Notes under the pieces: model-generated | What the model saw: the letters and a program-made list of their open reading frames with translations, nothing else | Databases searched by the model: none | Told to the model about the DNA's origin: nothing | Made by a program: the position numbers and the translations under genes | Assembly: GCF_006345805.1 (NCBI RefSeq) | Contig: NC_042998.1 | Location: forward strand, 136,896,001-136,960,000 | DNA from: Octopus sinensis | Lineage: Eukaryota | DNA length: 64,000 nucleotides | Direction of reading: 5' to 3' | Shown here: positions 1 to 13,942 of the stretch, one piece after another | Position numbering within the stretch: position 1 is the first letter of the stretch | Layout: the number at the start of each line of letters is the position of its first letter

Positions 1-2669
1 CATACGCCACGGAAACAGGGAAGCCGGACCCATGAACCTGGATAGGCATGAAAAGGGTGACGTCTATCGTTTATTTGTCTGGTGGGAATGGTTCAATAAA
101 AAAATGTTCATTTGAATATCTTTATACATTTCTCCAAAATACATTTGTATTTCTGAGATTTACCTATCGGGAAGGTTTTCCAATAAAATTAACAGCCAAG
201 CTAATGGCATTTTTTCCACAACTTTGTACATCTTCAGTTGTAATATGGTGAAAACAATAAAAATAAGTAGCCTATCGGATAAGTGGTTTTCTTGTGGATC
301 TTCAGATGCAATATTACTTGGCTTACTTACAAGGAAAGAAACTTGGAGGACTTCTAGACTACAATTACTTATCAGTTTGAATGATTAAATATATATTCTA
401 TTAGTGGCATAATAGCAACCGTTCTATTTCGTATGTTAATGCAGTATTGTTGTAATCTTGATTAATCATAGAAATGTCTGCTAGATTAATTGTTTGTTAA
501 TATATGCACAAGGGAAATTTAATGAGGAAGAAGTTAGTGGATTACATAGATCAAGTACATGGCTGGTACTTTATTTAATCTCAGACGGACAAAAGGTAAA
601 AGCGATCTCGGTGATATCTTAAGTCAAGATGTAAAAAGCTGGAAAAATGCCATAAGTTTCTGATGCTGTTGTCAATCCACCACCCAACAAATGTAGAGAA
701 CTTGAAAATTAAATCAGATAATTTTCTTTTCCCTATTTTTGTTTACGATGTTTTACACAATTGATATGAGAAATGTTCCCAGCTACTAGATAATCCGATA
801 TCAACGTAATTATTAACTGATGGATTAATGTATAATAATCTGAAGTATTACTGAGATTGGAAGGCACTGATTCGAATCTATTATCCCGTTATATTTGATT
901 TTCCTAATTATTAATTGAATTCTGTGATGATTGGACTTGAACATTCCATAATGCATTCTGTTTAGAGACATAATATCTGGATTGTGTATGTTCAACAATA
1001 TTTTGTTACAAGTGAATGAGTCTGCAAGATGTTTCAGATAATACTTAATATTTATGTAAGTGGCGGAAGTTGAGTTTGCTGTCCCTCAATCTGGAGTCAT
1101 TAAAAGGAGTATGTGTGTGTGTGTGTGTGTGTGTGTGTACACGCACGCACGTCTGTTGTGTAGACATGTGTACCTATATATGTATGTGTGTGTATGCATG
1201 TGTGGAGTGTATATGTGTATATATTCAAGTTTCTGCCTCTTTGTGTGTGTCTACTTTTGTGTATCTGTACGTGCATGACTGTCCGTACTACCTATGTATA
1301 TACTACCTACTTACGTACATATCTATCTATCTTTCTACCTATCTACCTACCTACCTACCTACCTACCTACCTACCTACCTACCTACCTACCAACCAACCT
1401 ACCTACCAGTTAGCTTGCCTGACTCCCAACCTATCTACCTACATAATTTACTAAGTAACTAACAATCTATATAACTGACCTAACTTAACTACCTACCCGT
1501 CTCCCTACCTACCTACCTACCTACCTACCTACCTACCCATTTATCTACTTGACTGCCTACTTACGAATGAACCTATGTATGTTGCGTGAGTGCTATATGT
1601 GGCATTGGCGTATCCTTAACTTCTACGTGTATTTCCTATTTAGTATGGATAATATTTCATTTATGAGGGTGTACTCTTGTATTTGTCTCTTGGGTTTTTG
1701 TACAAAATACGAGTGTCAATTCGGTCCAGCGAGCCACCATGTTGGTCTTTGGTATGTTGATAGAGTATGGACGATTGTTTCTTGTCAGTATACTCGCTCT
1801 AGTACCCGTTTAGCCACTCCATTATACCCTAGAATTCCTCTCAATATATACCGTGTTTCTGTCCTTACAGACTCTTTTCAAGCACCTTATGCTGTAAACT
1901 ACGTTCCTAGTTTTACAGTTAATATTGGGTTTAAATTTACATACTACATAGTTCTCATTAGTGCATATGGTATTTTCGAAGGGGTGTGTTCTATATAATT
2001 GTGACCTGATGGACTTCCCTGGTTTCTAAACGACCTTAACGTTGAGTCTGGTATTCTTCAGAGCTATCCTAAATCTATGGGCTAATCCCCCATGATTTAC
2101 ATTTTATATTTAAATGACTTTTATTGTCAATAGTTTACGTATGCACAGATAAAATTTGAGTTATAGCATAAAATATGGTCATTGGGGTCCAACTGGACTC
2201 CATTGGTCTTCTGTGAAATTATTTCTTTTAGTTCTTTTTTCAGTTCTGATGAAATATAAGTCAATTTACTTCGTATTTGTACTGGTATACATCGGTATAC
2301 TTCTTTGTTTTATTTTATATTTAGTGGTATATTAATAGTTTATAAAACTATAAAAAAAATTGATAAATTTCTTGTTCTGTATCGTGCACTCACACATATA
2401 TACACGATTAAACTAATATTACTTTGTGGATAATGCAGGAATGCGCGAAAGTAAAAGGGAACCCCAATGGCCTTTTGTGTAATTGCAACCCCGCCGGCCC
2501 GCGAAAGGTTAAGAGAATAATCAATAAATAATTAGATGATCAGAAGTAAGCAATAAATGAACGTGTGTTGAACATGTACAATGCTCGTGTATATCTTAAA
2601 CTTTGTTTACTCTGCAAATGGAAATGTGAATTAGGTAAGCATTTTAATAGTATAACAGGTGGGTTTTTT

Positions 2670-2712
2670 TCTCATAGAATTTGAAAAGAAACTAATATAA
2701 AGCCCGAGCAAT
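2670..2712 (+). promoter_or_regulatory. Core promoter of the divergent tachykinin gene
   Basis: CTCATAGAATTTGAAAAGAAACTAATATAAAGCCCGAGCAAT vs CTCACAAAATTTGAGAAGAAAATTCTATAAAACCTGAGAAAT at the 42298 gene; TATA 2696-2701. Confidence 0.7.
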
Positions 2713-2757
2713 GTGTGAGTTTCAATGCAAATAGTGATTGTAATTTCTATCCTAAAC

Positions 2758-2910
2758 ATGTGTAAACTTAATCTGATCCTCTATATTTTCGTCGTTGCTG
2801 GATATTTTGAAACCATTTTTGCTGATCGTATTCCATCCAAAATTAATTTGATTCGTATATCAGAAGCGGATCCACCCTTAGACGACGAATTCATATCAAT
2901 AATGGGGTGA
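2758..2910 (+). CDS. Divergent tachykinin precursor (Oct-TK-III-like; predicted DPPLDDEFISIM-amide)
   Basis: MCKLNLILYIFVVAGYFETIFADRIPSKINLIRISEADPPLDDEFISIMG-stop aligns without gaps to OctTK-I residues 1-50 (G15, E18, A22, NL30-31, SE, PP, EFI, MG). TATAAA 62 nt upstream. TGA occupies the position of the cleavage Arg. Confidence 0.88.
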   Translation: MCKLNLILYIFVVAGYFETIFADRIPSKINLIRISEADPPLDDEFISIMG

Positions 2911-3394
2911 TCTGCAGATTACAAACTTGGTCGGAGACAACTTTCTGATACTTTGGTTGATAAACGCCAGAAAGAAATGAGTTGGCAAGAATTTGCCTGT
3001 TAGAAAATTTTAAAATTTATTGATTTTAGCGATTTAAATATATTTCTATATGTATAATTTCGGGACATGTATTCATATAACTGACCTAAAATTATAAGAT
3101 ATTTTATCGTATCGTGTTACAAATCTCATATAAAAAGTTTAGATGCAGCAATATGATTCACGAAACATACAAATAATCGAATTCTTTGTTGCCGGTTATC
3201 AATATGTAATCCTGCTAATATCTGGGAATAAAATAGAGGACTAAATACACATCAACCTTGAACCATATTCAAGTGAAATTTTAATGTTGCAATTATTATT
3301 ATGATTAAATTTTATCATAAGCTACGGGGTGTTTTTGAAACCATGATATAATGTGAAGCTTCACATTTTGTCACAGTTAGCGTTTCATAAGAAA

Positions 3395-3440
<46 letters not shown>

Positions 3441-6400
3441 GGACAACAAACGTGAAAGCATAACAAGCATCTCAAGTCATATATATTATTATTCTTAAAT
3501 TATTTGAGGTCTTACAGCTGTTTCTGGAATATCCCAAGTGATAGGCGAGTATGCCTGAATATGGGGTTTTCTGTCATCAGAGACAAATAGAAAATATGAC
3601 GGATCTAGATATGGAAATATTCAGATAAGAGATGTAGACAGGAATATTTACAGATAATAAGCATATAAGGAAATAAAGAAATAAAATTCATAGTTCGTTT
3701 TTACGAGGGTATGAATGTTAGTCTGCATGTCCTTAGGTAAAATCCTAGGTAAATCCAGGTATTATTATAGTAAAGTATAATTAGTGTTTTCACAGCATAA
3801 ATATCGAGGCAATATTTTGGCAGGAATGGGAATAGTGTGTTCATATTGATGTGGCTGGTTTGTGAGAGAATGACAGTAGATGTGACTATTGAGCAAAGTA
3901 GAGAAAGAAAGAAAGAGAAAGGGAAAGAGAAACTAATGAAGAGACGGAGAGAAGTAGTAGTAGGGTAGCCTGTGGGGATAGAGAGAGGAGGTGGAAGGTA
4001 ACTGGCAGGTCATTAGCATCGATTGGTCTACGGCAATGGTCAAAAGAATAAAATAAGGAGAGAAATATAAAAATATCGAGTAAAAAAATAAGGAAATAAG
4101 AAAATTAAAATGTTAAGAAGAAATAGAGATATAAAAGGAGTAAATGAGAATTAATTGTAAAATAAGGGTACCGATAACGGAAGAGAGGAGGAAGATAAAG
4201 GGATGGAAAAATAAAAATAAATGGTATTCAAAAAAATGAGGAGAAGAAATAAAGAGAATAATAGATGCCAGCACTACTCCTCAAGTTTAGGGTTGGGACA
4301 TAAGGTCAAGCAGTAAATATTTGCGTCTGTTGAATGGCTATGGTCAGTAGTATGAGAAATATTCCTACCTATGGTGGTATGAGTATATTAAATGATGAAT
4401 GGAGAGGCAGGCATGAATGGAGAAACAAGTTAAATATTTAATTGTTTAGAAATAAAAGTTACAATTTAAGATTTGGGGGTCTAGGAGGCTAAGGTTTCAA
4501 GTTTAGGAGATAAAGGTTACAGTAAAGAATTAACAGGTTTCCTCTAAGGTACTAATGCTGAGGGTGAAGAAAATTAGGGGATAGACATAGGTATATTATA
4601 ACGACCATGGAATTATGCAAGTAAGCGTTATGTATGAGGAATAAGTTTACACTTTGACTTAAGGAAACATTTAAATGTGCGGAAAAATTTGTGTTTACAA
4701 GTTGTGAAGGCTTCGTTTTGTTTGAGTGATTGCGGTGAGTAATGAGTTAATATCCCGAGGGCTTCTTTTCGGCAGGGTCTACATACGGAGCGCTGGGCCT
4801 GATATGGAATGCGGATCTTTGTGCTTTTCGGTACTGTTTACAATTTTGTTCCAATTGCTTTCAAATTTGGTATATGGATTAAGTTTTGTATACTAATTAT
4901 GAAAATGAAATTCATTTTCCCTATGAATCTACAATTAAAAAGTAATTAGCCTTTAAAATTTACAAAATTTTGCTATTTTAGCTAATCAGAAGCGAGAATT
5001 TTAGACTTCAACGTAGTGAAGAAGTCTGTTTCTATAGTAACCAAAGCAAAGAAGCACCATGTGTTCCATAGCTGACTGCAAAGAACCTTGTTTCTATAGT
5101 AACTAAAGGTGCTGTGCATGCGCACAAGGAGTGTAGCTACCACTTGTTCTATAATTGTTTGTTTTCTTAACAGATAGGTCTCACACTCAGCAAATTGAAT
5201 GTACCTGGGCATGGTTGACTCTTATATTTGTGAATTTATGTGGAGAAGGAGATACAAGAAAGATAATTTATTTTATAAAATCCTAGAGTGTATTGCAAAC
5301 TTTCGTTCTTGAATTTTCTTAACTAATAAATGTCTGTTTCAAACAATGTTTAACTGTTATTTCTAGCAACTCCTATTGACTTGTTCGTAGCTTTTAAATA
5401 TTTAATCTGCTCGCGAATGTTTTAATATTAACTTTGCTCGTGTATATTTAATGTTTTGACTGCTATTTCTTGCAACTCCTGTTGGCTTGTTTGTTCGTAG
5501 GTTTTAGATATTTAATTTGCTCGCGTAGCTAGTTTAATGTTTTGACATGCTGATACCTCCACCCCACACCACCTCATCGTTGTTGGAAGAGTCAGTGAAC
5601 TTGCTACTTTCTGATATTCGCTGAAAATTCTGAAAATGATCAAACTTTGAACACCTGTAACATTTTCGCAAAATTTTTCTGGAATAAATGAATAACAAAT
5701 TAGAATGCAACATCAATGATTACATCTACATGATACATTAAAAAAAAATTTTAAAGATAATTGTAAAGAATAACGAAATCTATTATAGCCCAGAATATCT
5801 TATATTGTATTTTCCTATTAATTAGTTAATTGATTAATTTTTGAATGTATAAGGAAGATACGCGCGCATATACACAGACTCTCTTTTATGTGTATGGAAG
5901 TGTCCTTGTCTGTGGCTTTCTCAGTCTCTCACATCCCTTGTGTGTCTATCTCTTTCTTCTCCTCCCTCTTCCCTGATATTAGCCACCCTCATTATGCCAC
6001 ATTTCCTTGAACCTAACACTTTTGCACTCCTCTCATTTTATCATGTAATAGCCCCAACACCTGTAGTCGGTACATTATCGATTTTTATTGAAATCTAATT
6101 AGCCTATAATTGAATTGGATGTTAGTTCAACATGTATACAAAGTTTGGTGAAGATTGGTTCCCTGGTTTGAGCAGGCAAGATCGTAACAGACTGACGAAC
6201 AGACAGAGAGACAGACAGAAATTGCCATTTATATATATATATATATATTGTGTGTGTGCGTGTGTGTATGTGTTGTGTATATATATATATTGTGTGTTGG
6301 GGTGAAACCATCTCTTAGCTACTATTCTTCTGTCCTGGAGTAGTAGCACCTGTCAGGATCCCATCTATGGGTTACCTGGCATATGTGATGACAATCCATC

Positions 6401-6999
6401 TGAACGCGGGGACGCAGTTATAACCTTGATTCATGCCAGGGCATGCAGTAAAGCCACGGCTAGTGAGAGACCCCCTAGACGCTGTCACAGCATTCTTCCA
6501 GAATGGGGATACTGTGATGTAAAAACTGCGTTTTTACGTGATTGATGGTCATCTCCCCTCGACCTGTCACGGGGTACTAATCACAGAGACTCAGAGAGTA
6601 GTTTTCGTATTGTACTAGCTTTTGTAGCTGTTCGTTTACTTTTTTAGTGGCTTCAGTCATAGAACTTTGGCTATATTGGATCACCACTTCAATTTATTTT
6701 CCTTCAGTTTTGTTGTCGCTTAATGGCTGAAAATTGGCCGATGATTGTGTTTGTAGCAACTGACATTCCTTGAGTGATTCCATGAAGGGCTGGCTAGCCC
6801 GGGTATCATCGTTAGGAGTTTATCTAATGTTTTTGCATTTCACAAGGGGTCCCTTTTATATTTCTGCTTTTTTCTTTTATTTTTTATTTTTTAGGTAGGA
6901 AGTTGAACAACTGAGGACATCTAAATATCAGAGTGGTGCACTAGATAGTTTTTGTTCGTGGTTCCGCATTTTGGGGTATTGAAAGCTGACTCTGTCTAC

Positions 7000-9150
7000 C
7001 AGTTCGTGCATTAAAATTCTCTCTGAAGCCGAAGCATGCTCCTTCAGGAATTTCGTATGTATATGACAGTATACTTGTCTCTTCAGCGTTGAGGAGAGTA
7101 GAACTGCAGAGCTTTCAAACGTTCCCAGTAAATAAGACTTTTAAGTGAAGTTAATTTACTAGTGAACTTTCTTTGAAACCCTTTAATATTTTCTATGAGA
7201 CTGGATGAGTCTGGAGTGCAGAGGTGTGAGTAGTAATTTAATCTGCTCAGAACTAAGATTTGCATATTTAGTATAACTACCGGATCTCTTGTTATGAATG
7301 TTCGTAGAGTCTATTTCATGAGATACTTGCATTTAAAGATCCGTTTGGTGAAATAGCTGTTGAAAGATGCATCATTTGAAATGATTACTACCGAGTGCCA
7401 CATATGATTAGCTCTCATAATCATTGTGTTCTCTGGTGTCAAATAATGCGACCTGTGTAATCCCTCCGAAATGCAGAACCTAAAATTTTGATGTATTAAA
7501 TTTCATATTGTTTTTATCTGCCCATTGGTGAGGTTTAACTCATTTTGAAGTGTCACATCTTCTAGAGTTTTGATAGTCATGAATAGCTCGTGAGTTGGCC
7601 GATAAAACTTGTGAGGGTGATGATAAATAAGAATGGTCCTAGAACCGTGCCATGTGGAATACTTTGCGGAGAGAAAAACGCTTGCAACAACAGATTGATT
7701 CTTATTCCATAATAAGCCATTCTCCGAGTTTTCTTGTTATACTAAGATCCCTTAGATATGACAGGTGATTCCATGCTAAGTTATGTCAAACGCTTAAGCA
7801 AAATCGAGGTATGTACAGTCAGTGTTCATTCCTCTCATGAGATAATTGAGGATAGTATCAAGGTAATGTTATAGTTGTGACAGGCAACATCACCATGTTG
7901 TGTGTTATTTATGAGTTTTTTTCCCCGCTAATGTATGTAATTATTCTCTTATCAGAAAATGCGATAAACAATTTTAGAGGTGTAAAATGTAAAAGAAACA
8001 GGTCTGTAATTTTTAGCTTCAGCCTAGCTACCTCCTTTCTATATTGATGTTAGTATTAAGTCTCTCACTAGTTCTGAAAATAAGCCGGTATCTAGAAACT
8101 TTTGAAATAGCATCTTTAATGGTTTGGTGAGGTTGTTTTGTTTTTGCACGTTTTTATTGATATTAATATCTAGACGTTTTCAGTAGTATCAATTTCTAGA
8201 CGTATCTCTGCAGTTGAATTGTGCAGATCAAAGTATTCAGTTGGATTATGTAATATTTTGTTCATTATAGGTTAGGAAAAAGCAGTTACATTTTTCACTC
8301 AAGAATTTGAATATTTGTTATGAATCACTTGTTTTTGATCCATTTTGGTTCATTAGGGTACAAATCTGGTTACGTGTAGATGATTTTTGTTTGGCAAATT
8401 GGAAAAAGGACTCAAGATTCTATTTTATATTCTCCACTGCTCTGTGTCCTTTTAGTGAAGTTTCTGTTTCACAAGATACTTTTTGGTCTATTTCAATGTT
8501 TCCTTGTTTTTTTTTAAATCTCATATGTTGAATTTGTTTAGTTTTTTTTAGTTGTTTTGTCAATTTGTTTCTGTTATACATTAGTATCAGTCAGACTCGT
8601 GGAATCAAGTTCTTTCAGAAATAGGCGAGTTTATATGGGGTATACTTTCGACAAATTTTTATTAATCCTTCATACAGAAACTTCATACCCTCGTTAACAT
8701 TAAGGTTACCGATATGCCGAGACCAGTTTGTTTTTGAGGATTACAGTATCGATTTCTTTCTACCTGGTCATCTTGAAATTCAGAGTCATGAAGAGTGAAT
8801 CATGTTTGAAGTAGTGTGTGTTGCTTTCTATGAACCATATATAAATAAATTGCATAATGTTATGATCGGAGATAGCTGTTGGAATGAGCTGAACATTGTG
8901 AATGAAGTATATATTGTTGGTAAAGACTAGATCAAGTATGTTATTTCCCCTAGCTGGAGAAGTAATCACTTGTTGCTGTAGGCCTTCTTTAGTGGTATTA
9001 GTTGTACTGTTAGATATATTTATGGGCAATCTGGTTTGTAGCTGGTGACTTTGCTATAATTCTATGACACACAAATGTCACTGTATGGTGAACTCATTTT
9101 AATATCCCGTCTAATGAAAGTTCTGTGCCGATAAAAGAGTTGCAAGGTGT
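7000..9150 (-). mobile_element. Degenerate CR1-clade LINE (endonuclease and RT remnants)
   Basis: ORF fragments RGNNILDLVFTN...ISDHNI (EEP endonuclease C-terminus), GIPHGTVLGPFLFII (RT), YWERLKALQFYSPQR. Confidence 0.8.
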
Positions 9151-10251
9151 GTAGACCTGATCAGTTGGAAGCGCACCGAAAGTTACAACTTATGTCTGTC
9201 ACGAATGCTTCAAACCATAGACCTGCATCGGAACTAAATAGTCATCGCAGAGGTAACAGAGGAAAAGTGAGAGATGGCACTGACAACGAAGAATGATAAG
9301 GAGACCAATCATCAGAGAATATGGGGCAATCACACACCCACGTACGCATACAAGCGCGCGCGCACGCACACACACACAAACAGAGGAAATTAATTATATG
9401 GCCAATCATAGAGGGACCAATGATTTCGCATCCGTAAAGCGCATATCCTTATAGACGGATCGTAGGACTCTAACGGCCGCAGGCATATAACCTCGTTTCA
9501 ATTTGAAGATAGAGAAACGTTAAAGTTGGTCAATTTGAACAAAAATATATATCGTTCAAGCCTTAGGTGGGATGGGGTTGTCGCCCTTACATCGGTTGAT
9601 TCGGCAAATTTTTACTGCACTTATGAACGAAGGTAGAGTCCAACGCTTGTGGGAGATAGCAATTAAGATGCGGACAAGGATTAGATCGACGCCAGTACGC
9701 AACTGGTACTTAATTAATTATAGATCCCGAACGGATGAAAGGCAAAGTCGACCTCGGTGGTAAATATCGATATATTAATATATAAAATACTGTTTTTTTA
9801 CTCTAGGCACAAAGCCCGAAATTTTTTGGGAGGAGGCCAGTCGTTCAGATCGACTCCAGTATGCAATTGGTATTTAATTTATTGACTCTGAAAGGATGAA
9901 AGGCAAAGTCGACCTCAGCGGAATTTGAACTTAGAATGTAGTGGCAGACGAAATAGTGCTAAGCATTTCGCCCGGCGAGCCAAAGTTTCTGCCAACTCAC
10001 CGCCTTGCGATGAGAGTAAATTAAAAGGCACTGCATTCATCTGATATTTTATATCGTTGCTTCAATTTTCAAAAATATAAAAGATATACAAATGGAATAG
10101 TTGACAAGTTAAATTTGGTAGTTTGTAATGGGGCACAAAATATATACATTCGCAGTCCGAATAATTTCGGCAACAATATGACACTGTTAAGAATTTATTC
10201 ATTTATATATATAAGGGTTGGACAAAATAATGGAAACACCTTAAAATTTCA

Positions 10252-11110
10252 AACAAATTTATTTTAATATGGGGTAGGACCGTCTTTGACATTAATTACA
10301 GCTTGAATTCTACGAGGCATGGACTCGTACAAAGTTTGAATTATTTCCAAAGGAATTCTTGTCCATTCTTCAACTAAATAGTCACCAGTAATTGTAGCGA
10401 TTACGGTGGAGGATATCGAATCCTTACTTGTTTTTCTAAAATGCACCATAAATCTCTCTATATATAAACGGCAGTTTGTCTGTGTGTGTGTGTGTGTGTC
10501 TGTCAGGTTGTACCCTCACCCTGACCATGGCTTTCAACTGATTCTGATGAAACTTGACTCACACATAGCCCAATGTCATAATTCAAAACTAACGCAGCCA
10601 AAATTTTGAAAAGTTCCCCCAGTTCTGAAAGAAAATCGATAAATTCGACATGGGGTCGAGAATCAGAAACACAAACCACAGACTGTCTAGGGGACGCAAC
10701 TCGACCTTTTTAACTCTCAAAAAAAATTTACCATCATTTTTTTTCCATTTTTTGGCTATAACTCTCTAAAAATGCTTTATAGTTATTTCCCTTACAAACC
10801 CGAGCAACGCCGGGCGATACTGCTAGTGTTCAATAAAATGGAGACCTGGGGACTGTGGTGGCCAGATAAGATGTTCCACTAGAATGTTCCTCGTGCCATT
10901 CAGCAACAACTTTAGCTGTGTGAATTGATGCATTATCATCCTGAAAGATTGCGTTTCCCTCCAGAAACAATTCCGCAAACATAGGATGACTTTGATCAGA
11001 TAAAATGCTTAAATAGTCTTGACTATTAACTCTGCCATGAAGGGAAATCATTGGGCCAGCAGATTTCATTTCATTTCATCAAAGATTCTCCTCCTTGTTT
11101 AACAGTTGGA
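10252..11110 (-). mobile_element. Tc1-like transposon remnant interrupted by a Helitron
   Basis: IFQDDNASIH, HFIEHLW (after removing the insert), YESMPRRIQAVI...GPTPY; terminal AAGGGTTGGACAAAATAATGGAAACACC. Confidence 0.85.
10453..10826 (+). mobile_element. Non-autonomous Helitron-like element
   Basis: 5' TC, 3' CCCGAGCAACGCCGGG hairpin plus CTAG, inserted between A and T without TSD. Confidence 0.85.
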
Positions 11111-12867
11111 AGAAGGCAGTCTGGGTCAAATGCTTCTTTTGGCTGTCTCCACACGTATAATCGGCGAACTTCACCACAACTTTCTCTCACTGTTTCCTCC
11201 TGCATCTAGCAGCTCACCGGCGTCCCATCCAGGTGGGGACCCTATACGCCAAAGAAACCGGGAAACTGGCCCTTATGACTCGAGAAGGAACAAACAACAA
11301 CAACAACAGCAACAATAGCAACAACATATATATGGATGCATGTATTATACATGTGTGTATTTCGATGTGGGAAATAAGAAAATTCACAATTTGTTTAATT
11401 AAAGTATACTAAACACATCTCTACATACCAGTATCAGTTCTGAACGCTGGTGGTTGTTCTTCATTAACAATACACTAAGAAATGATTTAACTGAAGGATT
11501 ATCTACGATTAGAAGTGAAAGCAGCCTGCAATAAGTTTTGAAATGATGTGGTAAATGGCAATAAAAGATCATTGTGGTTTTTACTTTGTATTGTTTTTTT
11601 TTTCTTTACCTCATAATATATGTCTGTGGGATATTCTTTAGTGTCGCTCACGCACACACGGACTGAGTTATATATATATGTGTATATTTATATGCAAAGG
11701 TGGGCAAGTTAACTTCGTTAGCCGTTAATTCGTTAACCAAAAAGTTAACTTCGTTAACCGTTAATCAACTAATCCTGTAAAAATATAGCGGAAGTTATTG
11801 ATAAACCATTAACGTTAATTTTCAATATAGAAAAATAAAAATACAAAAAAACAGTTTTGCTCTAAAATTACCTAAAAACACCTTTTAAAAGTGCCAAAAC
11901 TATAAAATCGGCGTTTTTTGTCTCTTTATGGGCTTTAGAACTCCAAAACTATAGTTTGTTTTTGCTTTAGAGTTTAAAATGCTGATTTTATAGTTTTAAC
12001 TTTCAAATGATCTTAAAAAGGGCTTCTTTTATAGTTTTGGCCCCCTTTTTTTTTTAGATTTTTAAAGACTTTTAGAGCAAGAAAAGTGTAAAAAAGAAAA
12101 GAATAAATAAAACTCAAATGAAACGCAATATTAGTATCAAAGTAAAAAAGTTTATTGATAAAGATGAAAAACACGATATATACATAATTTGATTTTTTCC
12201 TCTTCTTCTCGATCTCTGTGTTTGTCAGACAATAAGATGACACATTGCAAATAACTTTTTAACCTTCAACATAATTTCTGAAACCTCTAAAGAACATTAG
12301 GATCTCATCATCAAATAGAATGCGAACAAATTCCTCTGACCTGTTACTGAAAAACAATCACAATCGGGTATATTATTAATAGGAATAATCTTTTATTTCG
12401 ACTATTGAATCTAAGTTGATACTGCATTCGTTATAATATAAAACGAATTCATCTTCCCTATCTATATGATGTGTAATATTTCCTTACTTAATTACTTGTT
12501 ACTTAAATTTTTTTTCAATGTTACAAACGGCTAAAATCTATCAGAAAGTTTAAAATATCGTATATTTCTTCCAAAATCTTAGTTTCATTCAGGGCAAACT
12601 TTAGGCTGCTGATCCAAAATGGTATGAAAAGCGTTTTCATTCGTCATTTATTTTTTTCATAAATTTTAGAAAAAACGAAAAAGACAGTTTTTATTAATGG
12701 TAAATAAACAAAATTTTAAAACTTTTAATAAAGCGGATAATAGCGAATTTCTCAACCAAGGGAAATAACTATTTCTAAAAGGTTTCGAAGGGAGATAATT
12801 CTAAAACGATACTAGATTTGTTCTCTACGGTATAGTTTCTCCCACTTGCCTTTCGTAAGAAGTGATA

Positions 12868-13373
12868 TCTATATATATAAAACTCTAGTTGTGTGAGTGT
12901 CTGTCCCCTTCGATTTAGATTCCTAACTCCTCCCACATTTTGCGGTGCAGTTTAACCAAATTCGGGTATCTTATAGTCGTGATTCATATCGAGCCCGTCT
13001 GATTATTAGCGCGCGTCAACGATGAGTCTACGATTTTAAAAATAATTTAACATCATTTTTTATTCCATTTTAATGCATAAAATGCATCGTGTGTCGATGG
13101 CGGCGGGGTTGGCGTCCACGCTCACAGCTGTACCTGTTTGCTTTTCCCCCTTCCCTCCCTCGTGAAGCTGTGGGGAAGGGAGTGTAAAGAAATCAACGTC
13201 GTAATGCGTTGTGAAGGAAACCAGCGTTCTTTTAGAACAACGACTTCATGGCTTGAAGACACCAAAACAAAAATGGCTAAGAAAGCCCGAATTTATAAGG
13301 GAAGTAACTCTCTAAAAATGCTTATATAGTTATTTCCCTTACGAACCCGAGCAACGCCGGGCGATACTGCTAG
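12868..13373 (+). mobile_element. Non-autonomous Helitron-like element
   Basis: 5' TCTATATATATAAA, 3' CCCGAGCAACGCCGGGCGATACTGCTAG|T. Confidence 0.8.
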
Positions 13374-13629
13374 TACTGTATGTATTAAGGCGGCGAGCTG
13401 GCAGAGAGGTTAGTACGCCGGGCGAAATTCTAAGATATATTTTGTCTGTCTTTACGTCCTGAGTTCAAATTCCGCCAAGGTCGACTTTTCTTTTCATCCT
13501 TTCGGGGTCGATATATTAAGTACCAGTTGTGTACTGGGGTCGATCTAATCGACTGGCGTATGTGGATTGGAGTCTTACAACAGGAACATAACTTAACTTA
13601 GAATAACTTAGAAAGGTTTTGGCCAGTAT

Positions 13630-13942
13630 TAATTTAATAAAATCAATAAATTTCACCTAGTAGTCTTTCGGTATGGAAAGGACCATATTCGGTAAAAATT
13701 ATATAATTATAATAAAGGGTTTTTTGCAACAAGTTGCTTAAACCACATACCGAAAATATTAGAAATAGCAGTCACATGGGCTACTATTACTATTACTGCA
13801 AATATAAGTCTCCACAAACAAACAATTATTAAGCAATTTGTTGCAAAAAACCCTTTATTATAATTATATAATTTTTACCGAATATGGTCCTTTCCATACC
13901 GAAAGACTACTAGGTGAAATTTATTGATTTTATTAAATTAAT
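13630..13942. repeat. Near-perfect palindrome (about 112-bp arms, about 88-bp spacer)
   Basis: 13630-13741 is the reverse complement of about 13829-13942; the inner part recurs inverted at about 14280-14400. Confidence 0.9.

Larger units (their letters stand above)
1..9751 (+). repeat. Direct segmental duplication, copy 1 (partner 21449-26447)
   Basis: 1-2169 matches 21449-24170 and 7552-9751 matches 24171-26447. Confidence 0.92.

Noticed and set aside
1060-1462. Long ORFs rich in CV/YI/PTYL/HT repeats (also 22883-23473, 39295-39653, 26711-26926 and others)
   Set aside because: Translations of (TG)n, (TA)n, (TACC)n and (CA)n microsatellites, not genes.
3004-7000. Second exon (RRPYIL-like) for the 2758 gene
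   Set aside because: A manual scan found no PYIL/PWIL-coding acceptor exon. The paralogous donor position is altered (TTAGAAAATTTT vs AAGGTAAAATTTT); a weak T|GTTAGA donor remains untested.
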